DNA of 24,000 nt from Gordonia phthalatica (GCF_001305675.1 NZ_CP011853.1:4061395-4085394), one strand, 5' to 3'. Numbered from the stretch's first letter, positions 1-8,300 are shown. Program-made: numbers and translations. Notes: a model not told the origin generated them from the sequence alone.

Positions 1-1338
1 GTAGCGGGAGATGTAGTACGCGTGCTCGGTGTGGCCGGCGTCCTCCAGCCCGGCGAAGTAGGCCGCGTTGTAAAGGGTGGTGGCGAACTGCGAGATGCCG
101 CCGCCGACGGCCTTCGACGGCCGCCCGTGGTCGATGATCCCGGACTCGACGTAGCCCTGCGCGGTTCCACGGGTGCCGGTGTAGCCGTTGAGGGAGAAGG
201 TCTCGCCCGGCAGCACGACGGCGCCGTTGACCTCCTGTGCGACCAGTCGAATGTTCTCACCGGACGGCCCGCTGAAACCACCGGTGGTGAACTCGGAGAC
301 CACCTCCTTGACCCCGAGTTTGCGGGCACCCTTGGTGTCGAGCTTCGGCTTGGTGATCTTGTAGGTCACCTTGGCCTCGCGCTTGTCGGGTTCGATGGAC
401 AGCGCACCGATGGTGTCGGCCGTGCGCCGCCAGTCCACCTTGGCTCCGTCGGTCGACGGCACCACGGACGGGGCACCGCCGCTGAGACTGAAGGTCGCGT
501 CCACCGGTGCGGACTCGGTGGAGGCGGCGCGCTCGCCGAGGACCTTCTTGGCGTTCTTCGACGTCACATGCGGAGCCAGTCCGCCGCGTCCGTCGGGCAC
601 GAAGGTGACGAGCGACCCCACCTCGCGCGGGGTCAGGGTGAGTTTCTCTCCGCGGCCGGCCAGCACGATGTTCGACGCGGTCACGTTCTTCGCGGGCCCG
701 TCGAGCGCGGCCTGCACCGTCTGCGCGGAGACCGTCGGCGAGAAGGGCTCCATCGCCAAATCGACGGTGTGTCCGCTGAGCCAGTGCTCGGTGAGGGAGG
801 TCTTGGCCGCGGCGCGGTCGATGCGCATGCCCTGCGACGGGAAGTCGCCGACGGCGCGGACGCCGTCGAAGTGGACGCCGCCCTCGACGGCCGCCTTCTC
901 GAGTTCGCCCTTGTGCTTGTCGAGTTCCTCGTTGAATTTGGCGTCGTCGATGTTCACCACCGGCGAGACCGAGTGCGAGACGCCGATCATGCCGAGGAAC
1001 CGGTCCCACGGATTCTTCGGCTGGTCCATGAGCCGCTGGAGGGTGGCCTCGACGTCGAACCCGGCACCGAGCGCGGCGGGGTCGAGCTTCGCCGATCCCG
1101 ACTCGGTCCGGACGGAGATCGGACCGTGCGACGCGGTGGTCAGCTTCACCAGGACGGCGCGGGCATCGGCTGCGTCGAGGTCGCCGACGTCGAACTCGGC
1201 GATCTGCGCGCCGCGCGCGGTGTGCCCGTGAGTGACGATCGCATCGACACCGAAGGCGATGCCGACCAGCAGGAGTCCGCCGATCAGTCCACGCACAATC
1301 CACCTGCGGCGGCCGGGGGTGTCAGCGGAAGAAGTCAC
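1..1338 (-). CDS. VanW family protein, N-terminally membrane-anchored (partial; C-terminus lies beyond window start)
   Basis: Absent from the ORF track because it runs off the window. In the minus frame with codons ending at position 1, a GTG start at 1336-1338 follows an in-frame TAG at 1357-1359. It reads VTSSADTPGRRRWIVRGLIGGLLLVGIAFGV... (positive N-terminus plus TM). At the window edge it ends ...GYVESGIIDHGRPSKAVGGGISQFATTLYNAAYFAGLEDAGHTEHAYYISRY, the conserved VanW-domain core. The three listed ORFs here (22..1377+, 257..1303-, 371..1231+) are shadow frames. Confidence 0.85.
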   Translation of the reverse strand, partial: MTSSADTPGRRRWIVRGLIGGLLLVGIAFGVDAIVTHGHTARGAQIAEFDVGDLDAADARAVLVKLTTASHGPISVRTESGSAKLDPAALGAGFDVEATLQRLMDQPKNPWDRFLGMIGVSHSVSPVVNIDDAKFNEELDKHKGELEKAAVEGGVHFDGVRAVGDFPSQGMRIDRAAAKTSLTEHWLSGHTVDLAMEPFSPTVSAQTVQAALDGPAKNVTASNIVLAGRGEKLTLTPREVGSLVTFVPDGRGGLAPHVTSKNAKKVLGERAASTESAPVDATFSLSGGAPSVVPSTDGAKVDWRRTADTIGALSIEPDKREAKVTYKITKPKLDTKGARKLGVKEVVSEFTTGGFSGPSGENIRLVAQEVNGAVVLPGETFSLNGYTGTRGTAQGYVESGIIDHGRPSKAVGGGISQFATTLYNAAYFAGLEDAGHTEHAYYISRY

Positions 1339-1367
1339 AACGGTTGGATCGTATCCCTAAAACAGGA

Positions 1368-1412
1368 CTCCGGCTGAACCGCCGGGTCGGGGGTCTGGCG
1401 GTTCAGCCGGAG
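1368..1412 (-). terminator. Perfect 16-bp inverted repeat hairpin followed by a T-run on the minus strand
   Basis: CTCCGGCTGAACCGCC (1368-1383), 13-nt loop, GGCGGTTCAGCCGGAG (1397-1412). On the minus strand the stem is followed by TCCTGTTTTAGGG (plus-strand AAAA at 1359-1362). It lies only 30 nt upstream of the VanW start, so it could be a second terminator or insulator after fadA2, or a 5' leader structure. Confidence 0.45.
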
Positions 1413-1494
1413 CTATCACCTATATAGCTCGGACGTTCTCGATCGTTACACGTCGACGAAAAGTTTTTGGTTCGCCGCTGAGATCGATCGGAAA

Positions 1495-1534
1495 GGCCCC
1501 GGTCAGCGGGAGATGAATCCCACCGACCGGGGCC
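1495..1534 (-). terminator. Probable intrinsic terminator of fadA2
   Basis: GGCCCCGGTC (1495-1504) pairs with GACCGGGGCC (1525-1534), with further G-C pairs inside. It starts 25 nt downstream of the fadA2 stop and is followed on the minus strand by TTTC. Confidence 0.55.
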
Positions 1535-1559
1535 TGCCCGGAAGATCCGATCGCTACGA

Positions 1560-2867
1560 TCAGCCCTCGACGATCGCGGTGACGCCCTGGCCGCCCGCGG
1601 CGCAGATAGATACCAGCGCACGACCGCCGCCGTTGGCGTTGATCTGCTTGGCCGCCTGCGCGATGATGCGACCGCCGGTGGCGGCGAACGGATGGCCCGC
1701 GGCCAGCGACGAGCCGTTGACGTTCAGCTTGCTGCGGTCGATGGAGCCGAGTGCCTTCTTGAGGCCGAGACGCTCGGTGCAGTACTCCTCGGACTCCCAC
1801 GCCTGCATGTGGCAGAGGACGACGGAGGCGAAGGCCTCGTGGATCTCGTAGAAGTCGAAGTCCTGCAGGGTGAGGCCGTTGCGCTCCAGCAGGCGCGGGA
1901 CGGCGTAGGTCGGCGCCATCAGGAGGCCGTCGGGGCCGTTGACGTAGTCGACGGCGGCGGTCTCGGTATCGACCAGGTAGGCCTGGACCGGGAGGTTCTT
2001 CTCGGCGGCCCACTCGTCGGTCGAGAGCAGCACGGTGGACGCGCCGTCGCTCAGCGGTGTGGAGTTGCCCGCGGTCATGGTGGCGTCGCCCAGGTCCACG
2101 CCGAACACCGGCTTCAGGGTCGACAGCTTCTCGACGGTGGAGCCCGGGCGAAGGTTCTCGTCGCGGGTCAGACCCATGAACGGGGTAATGAGGTCGTCGA
2201 AGAAGCCGCGGTCGTAGGCGGCGGCCATCTTGTTGTGGCTGGCGGCGGCGAGTTCGTCCTGCTCGGCGCGGCCGATGCCGAACTCTTTGGCGGTGATGGC
2301 GGCGTGATCGCCCATCGACAGGCCGGTGCGAGGCTCGCCGTTGCGCGGGATCTCGATGCCGAGCTTGGTGGCGAGGCCGAGGGCCGCCTTGATCTGGTCG
2401 GCGGTGCTCTTGGCTCGGTTCACCTCGAGCATCTGGCGGCGCATGCCCTCCGAGACGCCGATCGGGGCGTCGGAGGTGGTGTCGACGCCGCCGCCGACGG
2501 CGACGTCGTAGCGGCCGCTCGCGATGCCGTCGGAGACGATCTGGATGGCCTGCAGGCCGGTGCCGCACGCCTGCTGGACGTCGAGGCCCGGGGTGTAGTG
2601 GGACAGCGACGAGCCGAGGACGCACTCGCGGATCAGGTTGAAGTCGCGCGAGTGCTTGAGGACGGCACCGCCTGCGACCATGCCGAGGCGCTCACCCTGC
2701 AGGTTGAATCGGCTGACGAGTCCCTGGAGTGCGGAGGTGAACATCTCCTGGTTGCTGGCCGTCGCATAGGCGCGGTCCTGTCGGGCGAAGGGGATGCGGT
2801 TGCCGCCGAGGATGGCGACCGGGCGCTGCTGGCGGGTTTCCGGCTTGCGGGGGGTGTACGAGGCCAC
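1560..2867 (-). CDS. fadA2: Acetyl-CoA C-acyltransferase (thiolase), FadA2-like
   Basis: Track ORF is 1560..2876. Thiolase hallmarks: QQACGTGLQA region, and C-terminal GHPFAATGGR and ICAAGGQGVTAIVEG. The GTG at 2876 directly abuts the GAGGAG Shine-Dalgarno, whereas the in-frame GTG at 2867 has about 8-nt spacing, so 2867 is preferred. It is divergent from fabG4-htdX, as I recall for Rv0243 versus Rv0242c/Rv0241c. Confidence 0.9.
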   Translation of the reverse strand: MASYTPRKPETRQQRPVAILGGNRIPFARQDRAYATASNQEMFTSALQGLVSRFNLQGERLGMVAGGAVLKHSRDFNLIRECVLGSSLSHYTPGLDVQQACGTGLQAIQIVSDGIASGRYDVAVGGGVDTTSDAPIGVSEGMRRQMLEVNRAKSTADQIKAALGLATKLGIEIPRNGEPRTGLSMGDHAAITAKEFGIGRAEQDELAAASHNKMAAAYDRGFFDDLITPFMGLTRDENLRPGSTVEKLSTLKPVFGVDLGDATMTAGNSTPLSDGASTVLLSTDEWAAEKNLPVQAYLVDTETAAVDYVNGPDGLLMAPTYAVPRLLERNGLTLQDFDFYEIHEAFASVVLCHMQAWESEEYCTERLGLKKALGSIDRSKLNVNGSSLAAGHPFAATGGRIIAQAAKQINANGGGRALVSICAAGGQGVTAIVEG

Positions 2868-2927
2868 GAAGCTCACTCCTCAAATGGGGTTCTCTGGACG
2901 TCGAACGAGGTCGACCTTGTGAGTATT

Positions 2928-2945
2928 CTTACTCCCGAGTAAGTT
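2928..2945 (+). promoter_or_regulatory. Palindromic operator candidate CTTACTC-CC-GAGTAAG with embedded -10 TAAGTT (fabG4 direction)
   Basis: 7-bp perfect arms at 2928-2934 and 2937-2943, with TAAGTT (TANNNT) at 2940-2945. The same CTTAC-N6-GTAAGTT architecture occurs at the TetR promoter (8301-8319). Confidence 0.45.
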
Positions 2946-3089
2946 CGTTGTCGACTCCTGAACGTGCGGGACATGTCACAGCCGTCGCGACTACTGCTTC
3001 CCCGCAGCACCCGAATAGGGTCGTCGGCAGAGAAGGTTCTCGCAGTTTCAGGGCACCGGATTCGTTCACAGACTTCTAAGGAGATCGTC

Positions 3090-4451
3090 GTGGCAGGCAA
3101 CACCGACCTGTATTCGTCCATCGTCAACAGCGGCCCGGGTGCGTTCATCGCAGCTCGCGTCGGCCTCCCGCAGCCGCCCACCCTGCGCCGCTACTCGGCG
3201 TCGCAGCCGGCCCTCGCCGGCCCCGTCCTGCTCGGCGGCTCCGGTCGCCTGGTGGAGCCGGTGCGCGAGATCCTGACCGCCGGGGAAGACTACACGCTCG
3301 TCGAGAACAACACCGATGGCCGCAGCGCCGACAAGCTCGGCGCCGTCGTCTTCGACGCGACCGGCATCACCAAGCCCGCCGAGCTGGAGCAGCTCTTCGA
3401 GTTCTTCACTCCGACCATGCGTTCAGCCGGCAACTCGGCGCGCTTCGTCGTCCTCGGCACCACGCCCGAGCTGACCGAGGCCGCCGACGAGCACGTCGCA
3501 CAGCGCGCCCTGGAGGGCTTCACCCGGTCGCTGGGCAAGGAGCTCCGCAACGGTGCCACCGCACAGCTGGTCTACGTCTCGCCGGAGGCGAAGACGGGCG
3601 TCTCCGGCCTCGAGTCGACGCTGCGCTTCCTGCTGTCGGCGAAGTCGACCTACGTCGACGCCCAAGTGATTCGCGTCGGTGACGCCGAGGCCGCCTCCGT
3701 CGAGAGCTGGGACAAGCCGCTCGCAGGCAAGGTCGCCCTGGTCACCGGTGCCGCCCGCGGCATCGGCGCCACCATCGCCGAGGTCCTGGCGCGCGACGGC
3801 GCCCACGTCATCGCCGCCGACATCCCGGCTGCGGGCGAGGCCCTGAGCGAGACCGCGAACAAGGTGGGCGGAACCGCGCTGCCCCTCGACGTGACGGCGG
3901 CGGACGCCGGCGAGAAGATCGCCGAGCACGTCTTGGAGCGCCACGGTGGCCTGGACATCATCGTCAACAACGCGGGCATCACCCGCGACAAGCTGCTCGC
4001 CAACATGGATGCGGGTCGCTGGAACTCGGTCATCAGCGTCAACCTGATCGCACCGCAGACCCTGGTCAACGAACTCGTCGAGCGCAAGGCGCTCCGTGCG
4101 GGCGGCGCCGTCGTCGACGTCTCGTCGATCGCGGGCATCGCGGGCAACCGCGGTCAGACCAACTACGGCGCCTCGAAGGCCGGCGTCATCGGCTTGGTCG
4201 ACACCTACGCGCCGATCCTCGCCAAGGAGGGCATCACCATCAACGCGGTGGCGCCGGGCTTCATCGAGACCGCGATGACCGCCGCCATCCCGCTCGCCAC
4301 CCGCGAGGTCGGCCGTCGCATGAACTCGCTGCAGCAGGGCGGCCAGACCGTCGACGTCGCCGAGACCGTCGCGTACTTCGCCAACCCGGCGAGCAATGCG
4401 GTCACCGGCAACGTGGTCCGCGTCTGCGGCCAGAGCCTGCTCGGCGCCTGA
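3090..4451 (+). CDS. fabG4: Two-domain short-chain dehydrogenase, 3-oxoacyl reductase FabG4-like
   Basis: In-frame GTG at 3090 preceded by AAGGAG (3078-3083, 6-nt spacer). N-terminus [35 protein letters not shown] resembles what I recall of FabG4. The C-terminal SDR domain has [23 protein letters not shown] and YGASKAG (YxxxK). The upstream 42 codons of ORF 2964..4451 look non-coding. Confidence 0.9.
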   Translation: MAGNTDLYSSIVNSGPGAFIAARVGLPQPPTLRRYSASQPALAGPVLLGGSGRLVEPVREILTAGEDYTLVENNTDGRSADKLGAVVFDATGITKPAELEQLFEFFTPTMRSAGNSARFVVLGTTPELTEAADEHVAQRALEGFTRSLGKELRNGATAQLVYVSPEAKTGVSGLESTLRFLLSAKSTYVDAQVIRVGDAEAASVESWDKPLAGKVALVTGAARGIGATIAEVLARDGAHVIAADIPAAGEALSETANKVGGTALPLDVTAADAGEKIAEHVLERHGGLDIIVNNAGITRDKLLANMDAGRWNSVISVNLIAPQTLVNELVERKALRAGGAVVDVSSIAGIAGNRGQTNYGASKAGVIGLVDTYAPILAKEGITINAVAPGFIETAMTAAIPLATREVGRRMNSLQQGGQTVDVAETVAYFANPASNAVTGNVVRVCGQSLLGA

Positions 4452-4464
4452 GTCGGGTTCCGCG

Positions 4465-5349
4465 ATGACCAAGACAGTCACTCTGACGTCCCTGCCGGGC
4501 GCCGGGCAGCTGTACCCGAAGGCCGTGGCCGCGATGCTGCCGGTGATCGGGAAGCCCGCCCGCGTCAGCCCGACGGCGACGCTCCCGGACACCGTCTACC
4601 GCATCGAGAACCTGCGGATCGACCAGTCGCAGCTCAAGGACTACTGCCGGACCACCGGATTGCAGTTCGGCACCACGGTGCCGCTGCCGTTCCTGTTCGT
4701 CCTGCAGTTCCCCCTGGCGATGAGCATCATGGTGTCGTCGGACTTCCCGTTCGGCGCCGTCGGCTCGGTGCACCTGGAGAACAAGATCGAGCGCCTGCGC
4801 GCGATCGGCGTCGACGAGCCGCTCACCATCTCCGCGCACGCGGAGAACCTGCGTGAACACCGCAAAGGCATGGTCGTCGACGTGATCTCCGAGTTCCGCG
4901 TCGGCCGCGAGCTGGTGGCCGTGCAGACCGGCACGTTCCTGAAGCAGCAGCGCACCAGCCTCTCCGACGGGGAGCGCGGCCCGGCACCGAAGGACGCGAC
5001 TCCTCCGCCGCCCGGCCGCGTCCTCAGCGTGGACCTGAGTCTGATCCGCCAGTACGCGGACGCCTCGGGCGACCGGAATCCGATCCACATGGCCGATCTG
5101 ACCGCGAAGGCGTTCGGCTTCCCGCGGGCCATCGCGCACGGCATGTGGAGTGCCGCCGCACTCCTCGACAACGTGGAGGCCCAGCTTCCCGATGCCGTGG
5201 TGTACTCGGTCCGCTTCGGCAAGCCGGTCCTGTTGCCCGCCAAGGTGAACACCTACACCACCCCCGTCGACGGCGGCTTCGACGTGTCCATGCTCAACCG
5301 ACACAAGGGATACCCGCACGTCACCGGGACGCTGCGTCCCCGCGACTGA
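4465..5349 (+). CDS. htdX: MaoC-like (R)-specific hydroxyacyl dehydratase, HtdX-like
   Basis: ATG at 4465, 13 nt after the fabG4 stop (operon). Hydratase-2 motif YADASGDRNPIHMADLTAKAFGFPRAIAHG. Synteny with fabG4 and fadA2. Confidence 0.85.
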   Translation: MTKTVTLTSLPGAGQLYPKAVAAMLPVIGKPARVSPTATLPDTVYRIENLRIDQSQLKDYCRTTGLQFGTTVPLPFLFVLQFPLAMSIMVSSDFPFGAVGSVHLENKIERLRAIGVDEPLTISAHAENLREHRKGMVVDVISEFRVGRELVAVQTGTFLKQQRTSLSDGERGPAPKDATPPPPGRVLSVDLSLIRQYADASGDRNPIHMADLTAKAFGFPRAIAHGMWSAAALLDNVEAQLPDAVVYSVRFGKPVLLPAKVNTYTTPVDGGFDVSMLNRHKGYPHVTGTLRPRD

Positions 5350-5366
5350 GGTCCGCCACCTCGTTC

Positions 5367-5401
5367 GAATCCCGCTCATCGCTGTGCGATGAGCGGGATT
5401 C
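5367..5401 (+). terminator. Perfect 15-bp stem hairpin terminating the fabG4-htdX operon
   Basis: GAATCCCGCTCATCG (5367-5381), loop CTGTG, CGATGAGCGGGATTC (5387-5401), 18 nt after the htdX stop. No U-tract (an I-shaped terminator, common in actinobacteria). Confidence 0.6.
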
Positions 5402-5436
5402 GGCGCATTACGCCCCGATCGGGCCCGATGTCCGTT

Positions 5437-5442
5437 TAATCT
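5437..5442 (+). promoter_or_regulatory. -10 element TAATCT, 6 nt upstream of the lipase ATG (leaderless-mRNA signature)
   Basis: TAATCT-CCAGAC-ATG (ATG at 5449). No Shine-Dalgarno is present. Confidence 0.35.
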
Positions 5443-5448
5443 CCAGAC

Positions 5449-6846
5449 ATGGGGGTTCGCTGGTCCGTCAAGACAGCCGTCACAGTCGTTGTCGTCGTCC
5501 TGCTCGCGGTTCCGGGCCTGGCCGACGCCGCCCCCGCCAGGGGGTGGGAGCCGCCGAACATGATGGCGGTGCCGCCGCAGATCCCGAAGGCCATCGACGA
5601 CGCGATCCCGGCGCCTCCCTACCCGCGACCGCGGGTGATCCCACAGCGCGCACAGGCACCGGGCGTCACGAAGGCGACCCTCCAACTGCGTGCCGCGGCG
5701 CTGCCGTCGCCGAGCGGCGACCCGCTGTTCGACCGCTGGTCGCCGAACCTGAAGACCATGGCACCCGGAACGCTGATCACGGTGCGCGACGTGACCGCAA
5801 CCGCCGCACCGCTGGTCACCGCCCCGATCACGCGGGCCCGCCTGATGAAGTTCGCCTCGCGCGACGCTCTGGGCCTCCCGTCGTTCGGGACGGCGACGAT
5901 CCTGGAACCACGAGCGAAGGCACCGGTCCGGGGACCGAGACCGATCCTGGTGAACAACCTCGCGATCAACTCGCTCGGCACCACGTGCACGCCCGGTTAC
6001 ACGCTGGCGCACGGCTTCGACAAGGACTCGAGCCTGACGAATTTCTTCCCGCCGACCACCCAGTTGGCCTTGGCGCGCGGCTACACGGTGATCGTCCCCG
6101 ATCACGAGGGGCCGCGGATGGCGTACGCCGAGCCGACGACCGCGGGCCACGTGATCCTGGACGCGCTCCGCGCCGCCGCTCGGCTCGATCGTCCCCGGTT
6201 CGGCGCGTCGAAGATCGCGATGGTCGGCTACTCCGGTGGCGCGATCGCCACCAACGGCGCCACCAAGTTGATGAGCGGCTACGCCCCCGAGCTCGTGGAT
6301 CGGGTGGTCGGCGCAGCCATGGGCGGAGTCCCCGCCGACTTCCGGATGCTCGTCGGCAGCATGAACGCCAATCTGGCGACCGGCCTGTTCCACGGTGCGA
6401 CGTTCGGCATCTCCCGCGAACGGCCGGAGATCCTCACCATGGCCAACCACCTCGCCCAGTGGATGGCGACGTCGCCGCTGAAAGACGTCTGCACGCTGCC
6501 GATGGCGGTCCTCGGCGGCAGCTTCCTACCGATGCAGCTGATGTCGAACGATCCCGACCCATTCCACTCGCCGGTCGCTGAGAAGATCTATCGGGTCACG
6601 AAGATGGCTGATGCGAAGTCCCCGGTCCCGCTGTACATCTACCAGGGCGCGTCCGAGTTCTGGATTCCCGTCGCCGGCGCCCGCAACCTGTTCCACGAGC
6701 AGTGCCGCCTCGGCGTGAACGCCTCATTCCACGCGGTCCCGGGGGAACACGTCATCGGTGAGCTCGCAGGATTCCCCGGCGCGTTGACCTGGCTCGACGC
6801 TCGTCTGCGGGGGATTCCAGCACGCGACGGGTGCGTACGGACCTGA
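5449..6846 (+). CDS. Secreted lipase, LIP (secretory lipase) family
   Basis: Sec signal MGVRWSVKTAVTVVVVVLLAVPGLADA/AP. Nucleophile elbow MVGYSGGAIA (GYSGG), typical of the LIP family. Size 465 aa. Confidence 0.8.
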   Translation: MGVRWSVKTAVTVVVVVLLAVPGLADAAPARGWEPPNMMAVPPQIPKAIDDAIPAPPYPRPRVIPQRAQAPGVTKATLQLRAAALPSPSGDPLFDRWSPNLKTMAPGTLITVRDVTATAAPLVTAPITRARLMKFASRDALGLPSFGTATILEPRAKAPVRGPRPILVNNLAINSLGTTCTPGYTLAHGFDKDSSLTNFFPPTTQLALARGYTVIVPDHEGPRMAYAEPTTAGHVILDALRAAARLDRPRFGASKIAMVGYSGGAIATNGATKLMSGYAPELVDRVVGAAMGGVPADFRMLVGSMNANLATGLFHGATFGISRERPEILTMANHLAQWMATSPLKDVCTLPMAVLGGSFLPMQLMSNDPDPFHSPVAEKIYRVTKMADAKSPVPLYIYQGASEFWIPVAGARNLFHEQCRLGVNASFHAVPGEHVIGELAGFPGALTWLDARLRGIPARDGCVRT

Positions 6847-6942
6847 ATCTGACATAACGGTCGAAGCCTCGGAGAGTCAGGAGGAGACATTGGCTGCCGC
6901 GAGGGTCCGCACCGCGATCAGCGAGCACTCGACCCTGTTTCG

Positions 6943-7650
6943 GTGGCTCGCCGCTTCCACCTCAACGACGTCCCCGGCATCCTGTGGACGCCGGCGTGCG
7001 CGTCGCCGTCGAATCCCGTTCCCCTGGTCATCGCCGGTCAACCCGGCGGTATCGGCATGCAGGCGATGCATCCGCGACTGGCTGCGCGCGCTCATGCCGC
7101 GGCGCGCAGCGGGTACGCGACCGCGACCCTCGAACTCCCCGGGGCGGGCGAGCGGCCACGGCTCCCCGCGGTGGAGGAGGCCGGCGCCCGACTCCGCCAC
7201 GCATTCGCCACCGACAAGCCCATCACCGCCGACATCACCGACCAGTTGGTCCTTCCGCTGGTGGACGCGGCAGCCCCGGAGTGCAGCGCTCTGCTCGACG
7301 AGCTCCTCGACCTGCCGGAGTGCAACGGCATCGCCGGATACGCAGGTGGAATGATCGCGCTCGCCGTGCGGGTGGCGGTCACCGAGCCGCGGATCCGGGC
7401 TGCGGTCCTCTTCGCGGGGAGCGTCATCCCGCAGTCGACGTTCGTCGAGGCCCGTGACGTGACGATCCCGCTGCACGCGCTGCTGCAGTGGGACGACGAG
7501 CACAACGACCGCCAGGCCGCTCTCGACCTGTTCGACGCCTTCGCATCGACGGAGAAGACGCTCACCGCCAACATGGGCGGTCACACGGGAGTGCCCGCGT
7601 CCGCGGGCGCCGCAGCCGACGAGTTCCTGGTGCGGCATCTGGCCGGGTGA
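6943..7650 (+). CDS. Alpha/beta-hydrolase-fold protein, atypical (putative nucleophile position is Ala); N-terminus uncertain
   Basis: High-GC3 frame. Hydrolase-like layout: PLVIAGQPGG strand, GIAGYAGGMIALAV elbow, WDDEHND, and GGHTG near the C-terminus. The GTG at 6943 has no SD, while a strong SD plus TTG lies at 6879-6892 in another frame (see findings). Confidence 0.6.
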   Translation: MARRFHLNDVPGILWTPACASPSNPVPLVIAGQPGGIGMQAMHPRLAARAHAAARSGYATATLELPGAGERPRLPAVEEAGARLRHAFATDKPITADITDQLVLPLVDAAAPECSALLDELLDLPECNGIAGYAGGMIALAVRVAVTEPRIRAAVLFAGSVIPQSTFVEARDVTIPLHALLQWDDEHNDRQAALDLFDAFASTEKTLTANMGGHTGVPASAGAAADEFLVRHLAG

Positions 7651-7675
7651 GCCAGGGGGTGCGAGTCGAAACCCG

Positions 7676-8293
7676 CTACGCCTCGTCCCCGACGTCCGCC
7701 CCCTCGCCGACGCCGCGGAGGCCGCGCCAGGTGATGCCGAGGAGCAGGTCGGTGGCGCGTTCCAGGTCGATGTCGCCGTCGGCGATGCGGTCCGCGACGG
7801 CCTCGCCCGCGCCGACGAGGGCGACCGCGGTGACCTCGAAATCGACGTCGCTGCCGCCGGTCGTCGTACCGCGACGGATCAGGTCGGTGATCATGGCGGT
7901 GATGCTCTTGCGGCTGTCGGAGACGATGTGCGCGAACGCCGCCGAGCCCATCGCGACCCGGTACAGCAGACGCCACGACTCGGCGTTCGTGTACACGAAC
8001 CGCAGGAACTCGCGGACCAGGATCCGAGCCTGGTCCTTCTGCCGCATCGTGGGATCGAAGCCGTCCGACATCGCGTCCATGAAGCGCCCGGACTCGCGGG
8101 CGATGCACGCGCTGAACAGCTCGTCCTTGGAACCGTAGTAGAGGTACAGCATCGGCTTGGAGATCTTCGCCTCGGCGGCGATCGCGTCCATCGACGTGTC
8201 GGCGTAGCCGTTGGCCGAGAAGGCCGCGATGGCGGCGTCGAGCATCTGCTGCTCCCGCACCGCGCGCGGCAGTCTCTTCGTTCCGCTTGCCAT
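7676..8293 (-). CDS. TetR family transcriptional regulator
   Basis: N-terminal HTH: REQQMLDAAIAAFSANGYADTSMDAIAAEAKISKPMLYLYYGSKDELF. Lies downstream of lpqI on the same strand, as I recall for Rv0238. Confidence 0.9.
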   Translation of the reverse strand: MASGTKRLPRAVREQQMLDAAIAAFSANGYADTSMDAIAAEAKISKPMLYLYYGSKDELFSACIARESGRFMDAMSDGFDPTMRQKDQARILVREFLRFVYTNAESWRLLYRVAMGSAAFAHIVSDSRKSITAMITDLIRRGTTTGGSDVDFEVTAVALVGAGEAVADRIADGDIDLERATDLLLGITWRGLRGVGEGADVGDEA

Positions 8294-8300
8294 ACCGCTT

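Noticed and set aside
22-1377. Three long ORFs in the track (22..1377 +, 257..1303 -, 371..1231 +)
   Set aside because: Their translations are Arg/Gly/Pro/Ala-rich with no recognisable domains. The third minus-strand frame, not listed because it runs off the window, encodes a clean VanW-family protein with the conserved GGGISQFATTLYNAAYFAG core. These three are shadow frames.
2964-3089. N-terminal 42-codon extension of the fabG4 ORF
   Set aside because: The extension has poor coding character, whereas the GTG at 3090 has a well-placed AAGGAG and gives a FabG4-like N-terminus.
5363-5376. GTTCGAATCCCGC, resembling a tRNA T-arm and a possible tRNA 3' remnant or att site
   Set aside because: The flanking bases cannot form a T-stem or acceptor stem. 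The sequence is simply the left arm of the perfect 15-bp terminator hairpin at 5367-5401.
4402-6581. 682-aa minus-strand and 478-aa plus-strand ORFs overlapping htdX and the lipase
   Set aside because: Extremely Arg/Gly/Asp-rich with no motifs. They are opposite- or alternative-frame shadows of well-supported genes in high-GC DNA.
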